37,057 nt of DNA from a virus (lineage: Duplodnaviria > Caudoviricetes), in IMG/VR virus record IMGVR_UViG_3300038675_000965, positions 1-37,057 of that record, one strand, 5' to 3'. Of the stretch, positions 1 to 8,563 are shown in pieces (position 1 is the first letter of the stretch; the number at the start of each line of letters is the position of its first letter). Position numbers and translations under genes: made by a program. The notes under the pieces are model-generated. The model was not told where the DNA came from and did no database searches. It was given only the letters and a program-made list of their open reading frames with translations.

Positions 1-32
1 CGTTCCCTAAAATTATTATTTTCGGAGTTCAT
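1..32 (-). CDS. Probable N-terminus of phage repressor (partial, runs off the window)
   Basis: ATG at 32 on the minus strand reads MNSENNNFRER, like an XRE-HTH start, and is divergent from ner at the position of Mu c; only about 10 codons visible. Confidence 0.45.
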   Translation of the reverse strand, partial: MNSENNNFRE

Positions 33-195
33 TGCTCAAACCCCGAAAAAACAAACAAGAATATTTCCGTTTTCGGACATAATTTTTTGCTTACTTTTCA
101 ACATCTTATGGTATTATCCTACAAAACCTGACTCCGAAATGACCTTCTACCCTTTATGTCGCCGATTTGAAGTAGAGACTTTTTGAACATAGCAT

Positions 196-1062
196 TCAAT
201 TCCTTTTTTCGCAATAAATGGGGTGCTTGACCGCAAGAGTCAAAAGCAACCCATTTTTAAATTCTTCTGGTGTTTGATATTTTAAACTTGAGTGTGGTCT
301 TACCTTATTATAGTCATTCCGCCACTCTTCCATTAGTTCTCTAGCTTCACTTAAGCTTAAAAACCAATTTTCGTTTAAAAACTCATCTCTAATTTTGCCG
401 TTTAAACTTTCAGTAAAGCCGTTTTCTGATGGTTTACCTGGACTTATATAATGCCAGTCGACGTTTTGCTTTACAGCCCATTTTAAAACCGCCTTACTGG
501 TAAATTCTGTGCCGTTATCGCTTACAATACATAAAGGCTTGCCTCTTTGGGATATTAGCTCATCAAGCTCCCTTGCAACCCTTATTCCGCCTATAGAAAT
601 ATCAGCAACAAGCTTTAAGCATTCTCTAGAACATTGATCCATTACCCCAAATATTCTAAATCTTCTGCCATCAGATAAAGCATCACTCATAAAGTCGAGC
701 GACCAGACTTGATTTATCTTGTCGGGCTTAGGCAAGGGTGTTCTTGTGCCAATGGCTCTTTTCCTGCCTTTTCTTTTCATAACCGATAAGCCTTCTTCTT
801 TGTAAATTCTATAAACCTTTTTAAGATTGCAGTAAAAACCTTCTCTCTTAAGAAGAATGGCAAGCCGTTTATAACCAAAACGCCTCCTCTCTAAAGCTAA
901 TTCCTTCAGCCTTTTACGAAGCTTTGGGTCATCAATCTTTGTGCTGATATAATTAATTCTCCTGCGGGAAGCGGATAAAATATCGCAAACCCTCCTGACG
1001 CTTACCTTATATCCATTTAAAAGATACTTGGCTAAATCCCTACGCACAGAAGGGCTTACCAC
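196..1062 (-). CDS. IS3-family transposase OrfB (rve/DDE integrase core)
   Basis: WSLDF, SDNGTEF and [23 protein letters not shown] motifs. Confidence 0.95.
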   Translation of the reverse strand: MVSPSVRRDLAKYLLNGYKVSVRRVCDILSASRRRINYISTKIDDPKLRKRLKELALERRRFGYKRLAILLKREGFYCNLKKVYRIYKEEGLSVMKRKGRKRAIGTRTPLPKPDKINQVWSLDFMSDALSDGRRFRIFGVMDQCSRECLKLVADISIGGIRVARELDELISQRGKPLCIVSDNGTEFTSKAVLKWAVKQNVDWHYISPGKPSENGFTESLNGKIRDEFLNENWFLSLSEARELMEEWRNDYNKVRPHSSLKYQTPEEFKNGLLLTLAVKHPIYCEKRN

Positions 1063-1319
1063 TTTTTTGATAAAACATCTTTCAGCATCGCTTTATCAAG
1101 CTCGGCTTCAGCAAGTAGCTTCTTAAGCTTGGCATTCTCCGCCTCCAAGGCTCTCAATTTTTTAGCATCAGATACTTCCATACCCCCAAACTTGGCTTTC
1201 CACTTATAAAAGGTCGCATTGGAAATCCCATGACGGCGACAAACTTCTGCCCCGCTTAAGCCAGATTCCTGTTCCTTCAATATTTTAATGATTTCTTCTT
1301 CGCTAAATCGCTTCTTCAT
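1056..1319 (-). CDS. IS3-family transposase OrfA (HTH plus leucine zipper)
   Basis: [45 protein letters not shown], typical IS407-group OrfA. Confidence 0.95.
   Translation of the reverse strand: MKKRFSEEEIIKILKEQESGLSGAEVCRRHGISNATFYKWKAKFGGMEVSDAKKLRALEAENAKLKKLLAEAELDKAMLKDVLSKKW
1062..1068 (-). other. -1 programmed frameshift site A-AAA-AAG (OrfAB fusion)
   Basis: Minus strand TCA AAA AAG TGG TAA at the orfA/orfB overlap. Confidence 0.8.
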
Positions 1320-1403
1320 GATTCTTTCTCCTCTTAAGTAAGTTTAACAAACTCTACTCAATTCTGGAGACATTTTCGGGGAGAAGGTCACAGAAATTAG
1401 GTG

Positions 1404-1432
1404 TTGACTGTTTCGAAAAACGGAGTTATGTT
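1404..1432 (+). promoter_or_regulatory. Early lytic promoter (Pe-like) with a probable operator in the spacer
   Basis: TTGACT-17 nt-TATGTT upstream of ner; spacer contains TTCG-AAAAA-CGGA, resembling the palindrome TCCG-TTTT-CGGA at 66-77. Confidence 0.6.
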
Positions 1433-1505
1433 TAACGAAGCAACTTAAATAAACACTCAAAAAAAATGACTTTACAGAGTCAAATTTTTTAAGACGGAGA
1501 CAAAA

Positions 1506-1805
1506 ATGGCAAAACAGGTTTGGGATAGATGGGCGATACTTTGTGAAGTAAAACGCAGAGGTTCAAATTTAAAAGAAATATCACTTAAAGCGGGACTTTC
1601 TTTTGCCTCGTGTTCGGCTTCGCTGGTTAGTCCAAATTTCCCTACCGCTGATAAAGCACTTTCTGACTTTTTAGGAGTTCCCTTACAGGAACTATGGCCA
1701 GATAGATACTTTAAAGACGGCACCCGTAAACCACTTAGTTTCCGTGATTATCAACTTAACAGAATTAAACACAAAAATAAATGTGAAAATAAGGAGGCAG
1801 TATGA
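1506..1805 (+). CDS. ner: Ner/Nlp-family DNA-binding protein
   Basis: WDRWAILCEVKRRGSNL..ALSDFLGVPLQELWPDRY signature; first early gene; GGAG RBS. Confidence 0.85.
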   Translation: MAKQVWDRWAILCEVKRRGSNLKEISLKAGLSFASCSASLVSPNFPTADKALSDFLGVPLQELWPDRYFKDGTRKPLSFRDYQLNRIKHKNKCENKEAV

Positions 1806-2014
1806 ACAGTTTAGATAAAGACGTATCTCCTATAGATAAAAATATGTTTTTTTCTATGGACGTTGCGAAAAAAGCTAGAGAGGCTCGTCTCCAAAAATTT
1901 TTAAATCAGAAGAACCCTCAATCTCGCAAACATCTATGCACCGCTTGCGAAGCTGAAATAGTTTATGAGCTACTCGATGATTGCCAGGAAAATCATTCCT
2001 CATCAGAGTTATAG
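1802..2014 (+). CDS. Hypothetical protein (translationally coupled to ner)
   Basis: AGGAGG RBS and ATGA overlap with the ner stop; 3' part overlaps an antisense gene. Confidence 0.45.
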   Translation: MNSLDKDVSPIDKNMFFSMDVAKKAREARLQKFLNQKNPQSRKHLCTACEAEIVYELLDDCQENHSSSEL

Positions 2015-2153
2015 GACCTAATAACATGTCGGTAAAAACTCCTGCTTTAACTTTACCTATAGATTGTGCAAGACAAACAATAGCCATTTCAAGAGCTCTA
2101 ACATCATCTTGTAAATTGAAAACCTCTTGTTCTTCTTGTGTATATTCTTCCAT
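1875..2153 (-). CDS. Hypothetical protein, antisense accessory gene
   Basis: Strong RBS AGAGGAGGAAAAAATG on the minus strand; helical, protein-like sequence. Confidence 0.6.
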   Translation of the reverse strand: MEEYTQEEQEVFNLQDDVRALEMAIVCLAQSIGKVKAGVFTDMLLGPITLMRNDFPGNHRVAHKLFQLRKRCIDVCEIEGSSDLKIFGDEPL

Positions 2154-2201
2154 TTTTTCCTCCTCTGGGTTTTGTTGTTCTTACCAGTATAGAGGAAAAT
2201 C

Positions 2202-2255
2202 GGGCAGTTTTGCTATAAATTTCACACCGTTTGTAGTGAGACTGCCCTCTTTTTT
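2202..2255 (+). terminator. 19-bp hairpin plus T-run (terminator/attenuator candidate)
   Basis: GGGCAGTTTTGCTATAAAT (2202-2220) pairs fully with GTTTGTAGTGAGACTGCCC (2229-2247) using G-U wobbles; followed by TCTTTTTT. Confidence 0.55.
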
Positions 2256-2320
2256 ATTAAAGATTTTGGGGATTGCCACGCCGATAAAATCGGCTCGCAA
2301 TGACATAACAGGAGGCAGTT

Positions 2321-2821
2321 ATGTCTAAGAAAAACAATCCTAATCAATATTCTTTAGAGCCGTTATTTTTTGAGGTGCCTCCTAAAATTGAGGTTCAAAC
2401 AGGTTCGCTTGATGTTTCGTTAGCGGTTCGTGAAATTTTAACCGAAACGCTCTCTAAAAATCCACTTGATAGATATGAAATAGCGGTGCAGATGAGCCGT
2501 TTAATGGCTCGGGATATGTCTAAAAATATGCTTGACCGATATTCTGCCCCTTCGGCTGAAGAATGGCGGTTTCCCCTCGAAGCTTTGCCTGCCCTAGTTT
2601 CAGCAACTGGCGATTTTAGACTGCTTGAGTTAATAGCAGAAAAATGCGGGTGCAAACTTCTTAGAGGTGAAGAAGCTTGGATTGCAGAGGTTGGAGCTTT
2701 AACGCTCCAGAAAAAACAAACCGAAAAAAGACTGTCTGAATTTAAAGGGGCGGTGCCTGAAGATGTTTTGGTTCGTTTAAGCCGTGAAGTTTTGAAAAGA
2801 ATTGGAGGCTCGCATGAATAA
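2321..2821 (+). CDS. Mu-like phage early regulatory protein (CII-like HTH)
   Basis: GGAGG RBS; RYEIAVQMSRLM..SKNMLDRYSAPS..FPLEALPAL..ATGDFRLL pattern typical of genes between ner and A. Confidence 0.65.
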   Translation: MSKKNNPNQYSLEPLFFEVPPKIEVQTGSLDVSLAVREILTETLSKNPLDRYEIAVQMSRLMARDMSKNMLDRYSAPSAEEWRFPLEALPALVSATGDFRLLELIAEKCGCKLLRGEEAWIAEVGALTLQKKQTEKRLSEFKGAVPEDVLVRLSREVLKRIGGSHE

Positions 2822-3365
2822 AAAAATTATTCTTCCGCAGGAAAAGGCTTGCCTTCAACAAAAGGTTTCTGGTTACACAAATCTTTATATGGGAGAGGAT
2901 AACTCCAATTCCAAATACTCCGAAAATCGGAGTCAAGATTATCATAATTTTTTGCCGCAAGAGCAGTCATATCACGGTTTGCAATCCCAACTTGAGAAAC
3001 ACAATTATCAGCAAGTTCGAGAAAACGGTAAGCATCAAGACAACATTGACTTGCGGCAAAAACATAAAGAATACGGTCAATCTCCCCAATATTTGCAAGA
3101 ATACGTGAGATATTTACGGGTGCAGAGGAAACTAGACTGTATATCAGAGATGAATTCGCCTTTTTCCAATCGCACCATTCACTATAAGTATAATTCTGCA
3201 GACAGGCATAAAGGGTTTTGTATTCCTCAGTGGTTAGACGACCTTCCCATTCTAGGGCAAGGCTGTAGGCTGATTTTTTATAAGATGTTAATTCCGACAT
3301 TTAAGCACCCTCTTTTTAAAAAATTGTTCAAAAATAATAGGTTAAAACAAGGAGGCGGGCAATGA
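2814..3365 (+). CDS. Read-through ORF antisense to 2827-3300; function doubtful
   Basis: GGAGG RBS, start overlapping the upstream gene end, stop overlapping the next ATG; Q/H/N-rich, antisense-like composition. Confidence 0.3.
   Translation: MNKKIILPQEKACLQQKVSGYTNLYMGEDNSNSKYSENRSQDYHNFLPQEQSYHGLQSQLEKHNYQQVRENGKHQDNIDLRQKHKEYGQSPQYLQEYVRYLRVQRKLDCISEMNSPFSNRTIHYKYNSADRHKGFCIPQWLDDLPILGQGCRLIFYKMLIPTFKHPLFKKLFKNNRLKQGGGQ
2827..3300 (-). CDS. Hypothetical protein, antisense accessory gene (157 aa)
   Basis: RBS AAGAGGGTG before ATG; globular helical composition. Confidence 0.65.
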   Translation of the reverse strand: MSELTSYKKSAYSLALEWEGRLTTEEYKTLYACLQNYTYSEWCDWKKANSSLIYSLVSSAPVNISRILANIGEIDRILYVFAASQCCLDAYRFLELADNCVSQVGIANRDMTALAAKNYDNLDSDFRSIWNWSYPLPYKDLCNQKPFVEGKPFPAEE

Positions 3366-3823
3366 AAGAATGGTTTACAGCCGCAGAGCTCTCAGAATTA
3401 AAACTTCCAAATTTACCTACAGAAAGAAGTGCAATTTTTAGATTTGCCAAACGTGAAAACTGGGCGTTCCGCAAGAGAATTGGACGAGGCGGAGGCAGAG
3501 AATATCCTTTGTCAGCTTTGCCTAAAGCGGCCCTAGAAGAATATCTTCGCCGAGAAAAGTATAAAGGCTTTGCAAAGGCGATTGTGATTAGACGTTCGGT
3601 AAAACCTTATAAAAACAAGATTGTAGATTTTTGGTTCAAGGTTCTTGAAAGAATTGCAGAAATATCAGGTTTTAAGTTAATCCGCCCTCAAAAGACTGTG
3701 GTTTATACCAAGCTTGTAAATTTTGGCGATGTCAGCGTTTTAGCAGTTAAGATTCTGGGTTCTAACAAGCTTCTCGACGGTTTGGACAATGAAATTTTAA
3801 AACATGTTGGAGATGGGCAATGA
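3362..3823 (+). CDS. Mu-type DNA-binding (MuA I-alpha-like winged HTH) domain protein
   Basis: First 58 aa are 47/58 identical to the N-terminus of the adjacent transposase; unrelated C-terminus. Confidence 0.8.
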   Translation: MKEWFTAAELSELKLPNLPTERSAIFRFAKRENWAFRKRIGRGGGREYPLSALPKAALEEYLRREKYKGFAKAIVIRRSVKPYKNKIVDFWFKVLERIAEISGFKLIRPQKTVVYTKLVNFGDVSVLAVKILGSNKLLDGLDNEILKHVGDGQ

Positions 3824-5910
3824 AAGAATGGTTTACAGCCGCAGAGCTTGCGGAATTAAAGCTTCCATCACTTCCAACTACGGAACGAGCTTTTCAAATT
3901 AGAGCCAAGCGTGAGAAATGGGCATTCCGCAAACGTGAGGGACGTGGCGGAGGCAGGGAATATCCTTTATCAGCTTTGCCTAAAGCGGCCCTGGATAAAT
4001 ATGTTCAGCGGGAGCTGATTAACTCCATGCCGACAGTTAAAGAAGAAAAACCCAAAGAATATAAGGATTTTGCAGATTTAAAGTCATGGCAGAGACAGGT
4101 TGCAGAAAGCCGAATGGCAGTTCTTGCCGAAGTTGACCGCTTGTCAATGTGCAATGGAACAACACTTTCGGTGGCGATAGATGCTTTAATTGAAACAGTT
4201 AGAAATAACGAGCTTTCACCTTATTTTACAGAGATTATAGAAAAGGCTAACGCTAAACGCGGTAAAAAATCCAGAACACTATCCCGCAGAACAGTTTATT
4301 ACTGGCTTTCACAGGTTGAAAAAGGCGGGATTTCGGCACTTGCTCCTGAACCTGGTCGTAAAGAATTTGTGGGTGTCCCTGATTGGTTTGATGATTTTGC
4401 CAAGCTTTATTTCCGCCCTCAGAAACCAAGCATTAATTCGTGCGTTGAAATGATGCAGAAACATTATAAAAACGCTCCAAATTACTATCAAGTCAGGTGG
4501 TTTCTTAATAAAATGTCGCCAGTTTTGATTAATCAAAACCGAATGGGCAAAAGGGCAATTAAAGCAATTTCGGCTTATGTTGAAAGAACGATTGATAATT
4601 TATGGCCATCGGCAGTTTATTCGGCAGACGGTCACACCTTTGATGCGGAAGTTGCCCACCCGATACATGGTCAGCCTTTCCGCCCTGAAATTACAGGAGT
4701 TATTGACATTTACAGCCGAAAATTAGTTGGCTGGTCGGTTGCTTTATCGGAAAGTGCAATTTCGGTTACTGATGCTTTGCGTCATGCCTGTATGACTAAC
4801 GGCGTTCCTGCAATTTGGTATATTGATAACGGCAAAGGATTCAACAATAAAAGCCTTGATTTGTTTATTGCAAGGCTAGGAATTACCAAGCAAAACGGAT
4901 TGCCCTACAACTCTCAAGCCAGAGGAGTTATTGAACGCTCCCACCAGTCAATCTGGGTTAAGGCGGCAAAGTTGCTTCCAACTTATATGGGGGCGGCAAT
5001 GGACAGCGAAGCCGCTCAAAAGGCTTTTAAAGTAACCAGAAAAGCAATTAAAAACGGCGAAATCTCAAAGATTTTACCGAGTTGGGAGTTCTTTTTGGAA
5101 TTCTGTAACCAAGCGGTTAATGAATATAACAACCGCCCCCATAGTTCTCTGCCGAAAATTTTTGATGAAACACTCGGACAACAAAGACATATGACCCCTT
5201 CGGAAGTTTTTGATAAAGGCAATATTGAAAGACCTGAATTTAACCCTGAAATTATCCACCCCTCTTCTTGTGATGATTTGTTCCGTCCTTATGAAAAACG
5301 CATGGTTAGAAGGGCTAGAGTTGAACTTTTTACCAATACTTACGGGCATGATCTTTTAAACCATTATCACGAAAAATATGTAGCAGTCGGATATGATATT
5401 CATGATGCAGGCAAAGTCTGGGTTCGTGAGCTTGATAAAGATGAAATGCCCAGCAGATTAATTTGTGTTGCCTCATTTGAATATAATAAGAGGGAATACT
5501 TCCCGACATCGGTTATTGAACAGGCGGCAGAAAAAAGAGTTAAAAACAAAGTTAAACGCTTAAAAGCCCATGTTGAAACAGCTCTTTTAGAAAATGCAAA
5601 ACCAAGTCTGTTTGCTCCTAAAGCTTCGCCTATCAGCGAAGAAGAAGCTCGCTTGACAGCACAAATTGAAGCTGAATTTGAGGCAAAACTTGAAGAAAGA
5701 AACAGTGCTGAAATTATTACCATCAACAAAAAACAAAGAGATTTTGCCAGAGCTTATAAAATTGATGAAAAGCTCGCTAAGGGAGAGTTTGTTTCTCCCG
5801 AAGACAAACAATGGTTCGATGGATATTCGAGACAACCAGAATACCGCAGTGGCAAGGGAATTGCCGATGACTTTGGAATTGGTGCGGTTTTAGATGCACT
5901 ATCGGCATAA
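3820..5910 (+). CDS. Mu-like DDE transposase A
   Basis: N-terminal Mu HTH (EWFTAAEL..GRGGGREY), catalytic ADGH / IDNG / VIER, YNNRPHSSL, C-terminal Mu transposase region. Confidence 0.95.
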   Translation: MKEWFTAAELAELKLPSLPTTERAFQIRAKREKWAFRKREGRGGGREYPLSALPKAALDKYVQRELINSMPTVKEEKPKEYKDFADLKSWQRQVAESRMAVLAEVDRLSMCNGTTLSVAIDALIETVRNNELSPYFTEIIEKANAKRGKKSRTLSRRTVYYWLSQVEKGGISALAPEPGRKEFVGVPDWFDDFAKLYFRPQKPSINSCVEMMQKHYKNAPNYYQVRWFLNKMSPVLINQNRMGKRAIKAISAYVERTIDNLWPSAVYSADGHTFDAEVAHPIHGQPFRPEITGVIDIYSRKLVGWSVALSESAISVTDALRHACMTNGVPAIWYIDNGKGFNNKSLDLFIARLGITKQNGLPYNSQARGVIERSHQSIWVKAAKLLPTYMGAAMDSEAAQKAFKVTRKAIKNGEISKILPSWEFFLEFCNQAVNEYNNRPHSSLPKIFDETLGQQRHMTPSEVFDKGNIERPEFNPEIIHPSSCDDLFRPYEKRMVRRARVELFTNTYGHDLLNHYHEKYVAVGYDIHDAGKVWVRELDKDEMPSRLICVASFEYNKREYFPTSVIEQAAEKRVKNKVKRLKAHVETALLENAKPSLFAPKASPISEEEARLTAQIEAEFEAKLEERNSAEIITINKKQRDFARAYKIDEKLAKGEFVSPEDKQWFDGYSRQPEYRSGKGIADDFGIGAVLDALSA

Positions 5911-5974
5911 AAAGCGGGCGAATGATTTTTGCAGAACCAGACGCCCTTTAACTATTAAAAGTAAGGATTAAATA

Positions 5975-6706
5975 ATGACAGAAAACGATAATAACGTCAA
6001 TAGCATAGCCCCACTTAGGAATGTTATTCTTTTAACCCAACTGGTTGAAAGGGTTCAAAACCGAAGTTACAGCCTACCCGGACTTGCCACCTTTCATGGG
6101 TTTTCAGGCTACGGCAAAAGTTTTGCCGCTATTTATGCGGCTAACAAATTCAGGGCATACCATGTTCAGATGAAAAGCGTTTGGACACGGAAAAAACTCT
6201 GCTCGGCGATTTTGTTTGAAATGGGAGTTACTCCTGCCCACACTATCCCTGAAATGATGGATCAAATCGGCATGGAACTTTCGCTCTCCCGCCGCCCTCT
6301 GATTATTGATGAGGCTGATTTTCTAGTTCAAAAAAGCATGATTGAGGTCGTTCGGGATATTTATGAAAGCTCGCAAGCCGCTATTATTCTAATTGGGGAA
6401 GAGAATTTTCCAAATAACTTAAAAAGATGGGAAAGAGTTCATGGCAGAATGCTTGACTGGGTTGCGGCTGAACCTGCAACTCTCGCCGATGCAAGGCATT
6501 TGTGCAAAATTTATGCTCCTAAAACCCAAATTGAAGACGATATTTTAAAGGCTTTGTTTGATGCCTCTGGCGGTTCGGTAAGACGTATCTGCGTTAACCT
6601 TGACAGGGTTCGTGAGTTTGCTGAAACAAGGTCAATAAAATCAATTTCATTAAAAGATTATAACGGCGAATTTTTCAACGGCAACCCGCCTGCAAGGAGG
6701 GTTTAA
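5975..6706 (+). CDS. MuB-like AAA+ transposition ATPase
   Basis: Walker A GFSGYGKS, Walker B LIIDEAD, directly after the transposase. Confidence 0.93.
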   Translation: MTENDNNVNSIAPLRNVILLTQLVERVQNRSYSLPGLATFHGFSGYGKSFAAIYAANKFRAYHVQMKSVWTRKKLCSAILFEMGVTPAHTIPEMMDQIGMELSLSRRPLIIDEADFLVQKSMIEVVRDIYESSQAAIILIGEENFPNNLKRWERVHGRMLDWVAAEPATLADARHLCKIYAPKTQIEDDILKALFDASGGSVRRICVNLDRVREFAETRSIKSISLKDYNGEFFNGNPPARRV

Positions 6707-6709
6707 GCA

Positions 6710-7309
6710 ATGGCTAGAAAACCCGTTAATTTAGAGAGAAAAAACAAAAAAGCAGGCAGTCGCCAAGAGATTTGGGAAGAAATCCGCAAGCAAAAAGTTT
6801 TTACGCTTAAATCTTTGGAATGGGCAATTGCTGACAGTAATAAAGGCACGATTAGAAGCTATGTTAAAAGCCTTGAAAAAGCAGGATTTGTTGCGATTAA
6901 GTCAATAATCCCAATACCTCCTTTTGCAGTTGGTGAATATAAGCTGATTAAAGATGTAGGTGTTCATGCTCCAAGAGTAAATAAAAAAGGCGAAATCGTT
7001 AAACAAGGGTTTGCTACTGAGCAAATGTGGCGAGCAATGAAAATGCTCCCTCAGTTTACGATTGCAGAATTGGCGGCGATTGCTTCAACAAATGAATGCG
7101 AGGTTAAGGTTTCGCATGCTCAATATTATGTTAAATGCCTTGCTAAAGCTGGCTATTTAACCAGAGAAGGCAAACAAAATGAAGCGGGCATATACCGCTT
7201 AATCCCTATTCGTTATACGGGTTTTCTTCCTCCTATGATTCAGAGGCTTAAAACCGTTTTTGACCCAAATTTAAACAAAATCATGTGGCAGGAGGAAATC
7301 GATGAGTGA
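6710..7309 (+). CDS. Conserved Mu-like phage protein with two winged-HTH repeats
   Basis: Two repeats of W..(I/M)R/K...FT..(S/E)L ... YVK.L.KAG(F/Y); usual position after B. Confidence 0.7.
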   Translation: MARKPVNLERKNKKAGSRQEIWEEIRKQKVFTLKSLEWAIADSNKGTIRSYVKSLEKAGFVAIKSIIPIPPFAVGEYKLIKDVGVHAPRVNKKGEIVKQGFATEQMWRAMKMLPQFTIAELAAIASTNECEVKVSHAQYYVKCLAKAGYLTREGKQNEAGIYRLIPIRYTGFLPPMIQRLKTVFDPNLNKIMWQEEIDE

Positions 7310-7628
7310 TTTATGGATTAAGGAATTAAAAATAGAGTGCGACAAAGCCTCACAGAGGGCGGTTGCGAAAAAAATGGGCTATTCGGCAACAACTATAAAC
7401 ATGGTTTTAAACGGTTATTATCTCGGCGATTTAAACGCTATTGAGAATGCGTTTAATGGAGCGTTTAAAAACAAAACAATCAACTGCCCCATCTTAGGCG
7501 AAATAGCAGTAAATGCCTGCCAAAAACATCAAAAACAGAAGTTTTCAGCTAACAATCCTCAGAGGGTTGCTATTTATCGAGCATGCCGTCTCTGCTCAGA
7601 GTTTAAAGGAGCAAAAAATGATAGCTGA
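7302..7628 (+). CDS. XRE-type HTH protein with a Cys-rich C-terminus
   Basis: SQRAVAKKMGYSATTINMVLNGYY; CPILG..C..CRLC. Confidence 0.75.
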   Translation: MSDLWIKELKIECDKASQRAVAKKMGYSATTINMVLNGYYLGDLNAIENAFNGAFKNKTINCPILGEIAVNACQKHQKQKFSANNPQRVAIYRACRLCSEFKGAKNDS

Positions 7629-7878
7629 AGAAATTAGAAGCGTTGCGTGGTTTTTGGCAAGAGGGGTTTCTTCCAAAACTCTTAATGAGGGGCAAATCAG
7701 AAAAGCGGTTGACAGGCTTTTAAACACAGCAAAAGACGCTGAGACCTTAGAGCAAGCCGTGATTTTGCCAGAAAGTGCAAAACTGCCTCTTAACGTGGTT
7801 GCGATTGCGACAAAGTTAAACCGCAAAGGGGTAACTTTAGGTATTAAACCTGCAAATAATGACGGCGGTGCCGCATGA
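7618..7878 (+). CDS. Hypothetical protein
   Basis: AAGGAG RBS before ATG 7618 (ORF-track start 7513 overlaps the upstream gene). Confidence 0.6.
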   Translation: MIAEEIRSVAWFLARGVSSKTLNEGQIRKAVDRLLNTAKDAETLEQAVILPESAKLPLNVVAIATKLNRKGVTLGIKPANNDGGAA

Positions 7879-7940
7879 GAAAGCGAGGCTTTTTTAGGCA
7901 GTGGATTAGATGGATTAAAACAATTTGGCTTATTAAATGA
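7875..7940 (+). CDS. 21-aa cationic Trp-rich peptide MRKRGFFRQWIRWIKTIWLIK
   Basis: ATGA overlaps with both flanking genes. Confidence 0.4.
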   Translation: MRKRGFFRQWIRWIKTIWLIK

Positions 7941-8563
7941 AAGGAAAAATTATGAGCGAAGAATTAAACAACTATATGAAAGATGCTAAAGGGAGGCTTG
8001 TTCCCGAAAGCATGGTCAGGGATACCGATAAGCTGGAAGACCAGCTGGTTAAAAAGATTATGGGTTATGCTGATGAATTGTCGGCACAAATCGCCAGATT
8101 TAAAGGTCATTCCTTTGATGACGTTAACACTTTTATGGATATTTTAGCTGAAAAGTACGGGGTTAAAAGAGGCGGAAGCAAAGGCAATCTTACCTTTACC
8201 AGCTATGACGGCACTATGAAAGTAACGGTTCAAGTTGCGGAGCATCTTGAATTTGGTAATGAACTACAAGTTGCCAAGCAGTTGGTTGATGAGTGCATTG
8301 CTAAATGGTCGCAAGATTCAAACGATAAGATAAGAACTCTGGTTGACCATGCGTTTCGGGTTGATAAAGAGGGCAAAATCAATCGTGAAGCCCTATTCGC
8401 CTTAAGACGTCTCAGCATTGAAGATGAAAACTGGCAGAGAGCCATGTCGGCTTTAACCGACAGCATCAGAATTGCTGGAAGTAAGATTTATATCAGGTTT
8501 TATAAACGAAACAGTCCAGAAGAAAAGTGGACGGCTTTAACCATTGATTTAGCGGCGGCATAG
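7937..8563 (+). CDS. DUF3164-family Mu-like phage protein
   Basis: YMKDAKGRLVP..KGNLTFTSYDG..AFRVDKEGKIN..W.RAM.A..DS....GSK.YIRFY; start may be 7952. Confidence 0.85.
   Translation: MKGKIMSEELNNYMKDAKGRLVPESMVRDTDKLEDQLVKKIMGYADELSAQIARFKGHSFDDVNTFMDILAEKYGVKRGGSKGNLTFTSYDGTMKVTVQVAEHLEFGNELQVAKQLVDECIAKWSQDSNDKIRTLVDHAFRVDKEGKINREALFALRRLSIEDENWQRAMSALTDSIRIAGSKIYIRFYKRNSPEEKWTALTIDLAAA

Larger units (their letters stand above)
140..1390 (-). mobile_element. IS3 family, IS407-group insertion sequence (1251 bp)
   Basis: Imperfect ~40 bp terminal IRs TGACCTTCTACCCTTTATGTCGCC.. (140) and ..GGAGACATTTTCGGGGAGAAGGTCA (1390); TG..CA ends; orfA/orfB with a -1 frameshift motif. Confidence 0.95.

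Noticed and set aside
1472-1723. Minus-strand 83-aa ORF as a repressor
   Set aside because: Antisense shadow of ner; no HTH or RBS
4309-5893. Several short ORFs overlapping the transposase
   Set aside because: Shadow frames of a well-supported gene, with no RBS or motifs
5910-5950. GGGCG..CGCCC hairpin after the transposase; AAAAGCGGGC also occurs at the right end
   Set aside because: Short stem and a 10-nt match; cannot be distinguished from chance or a weak terminator
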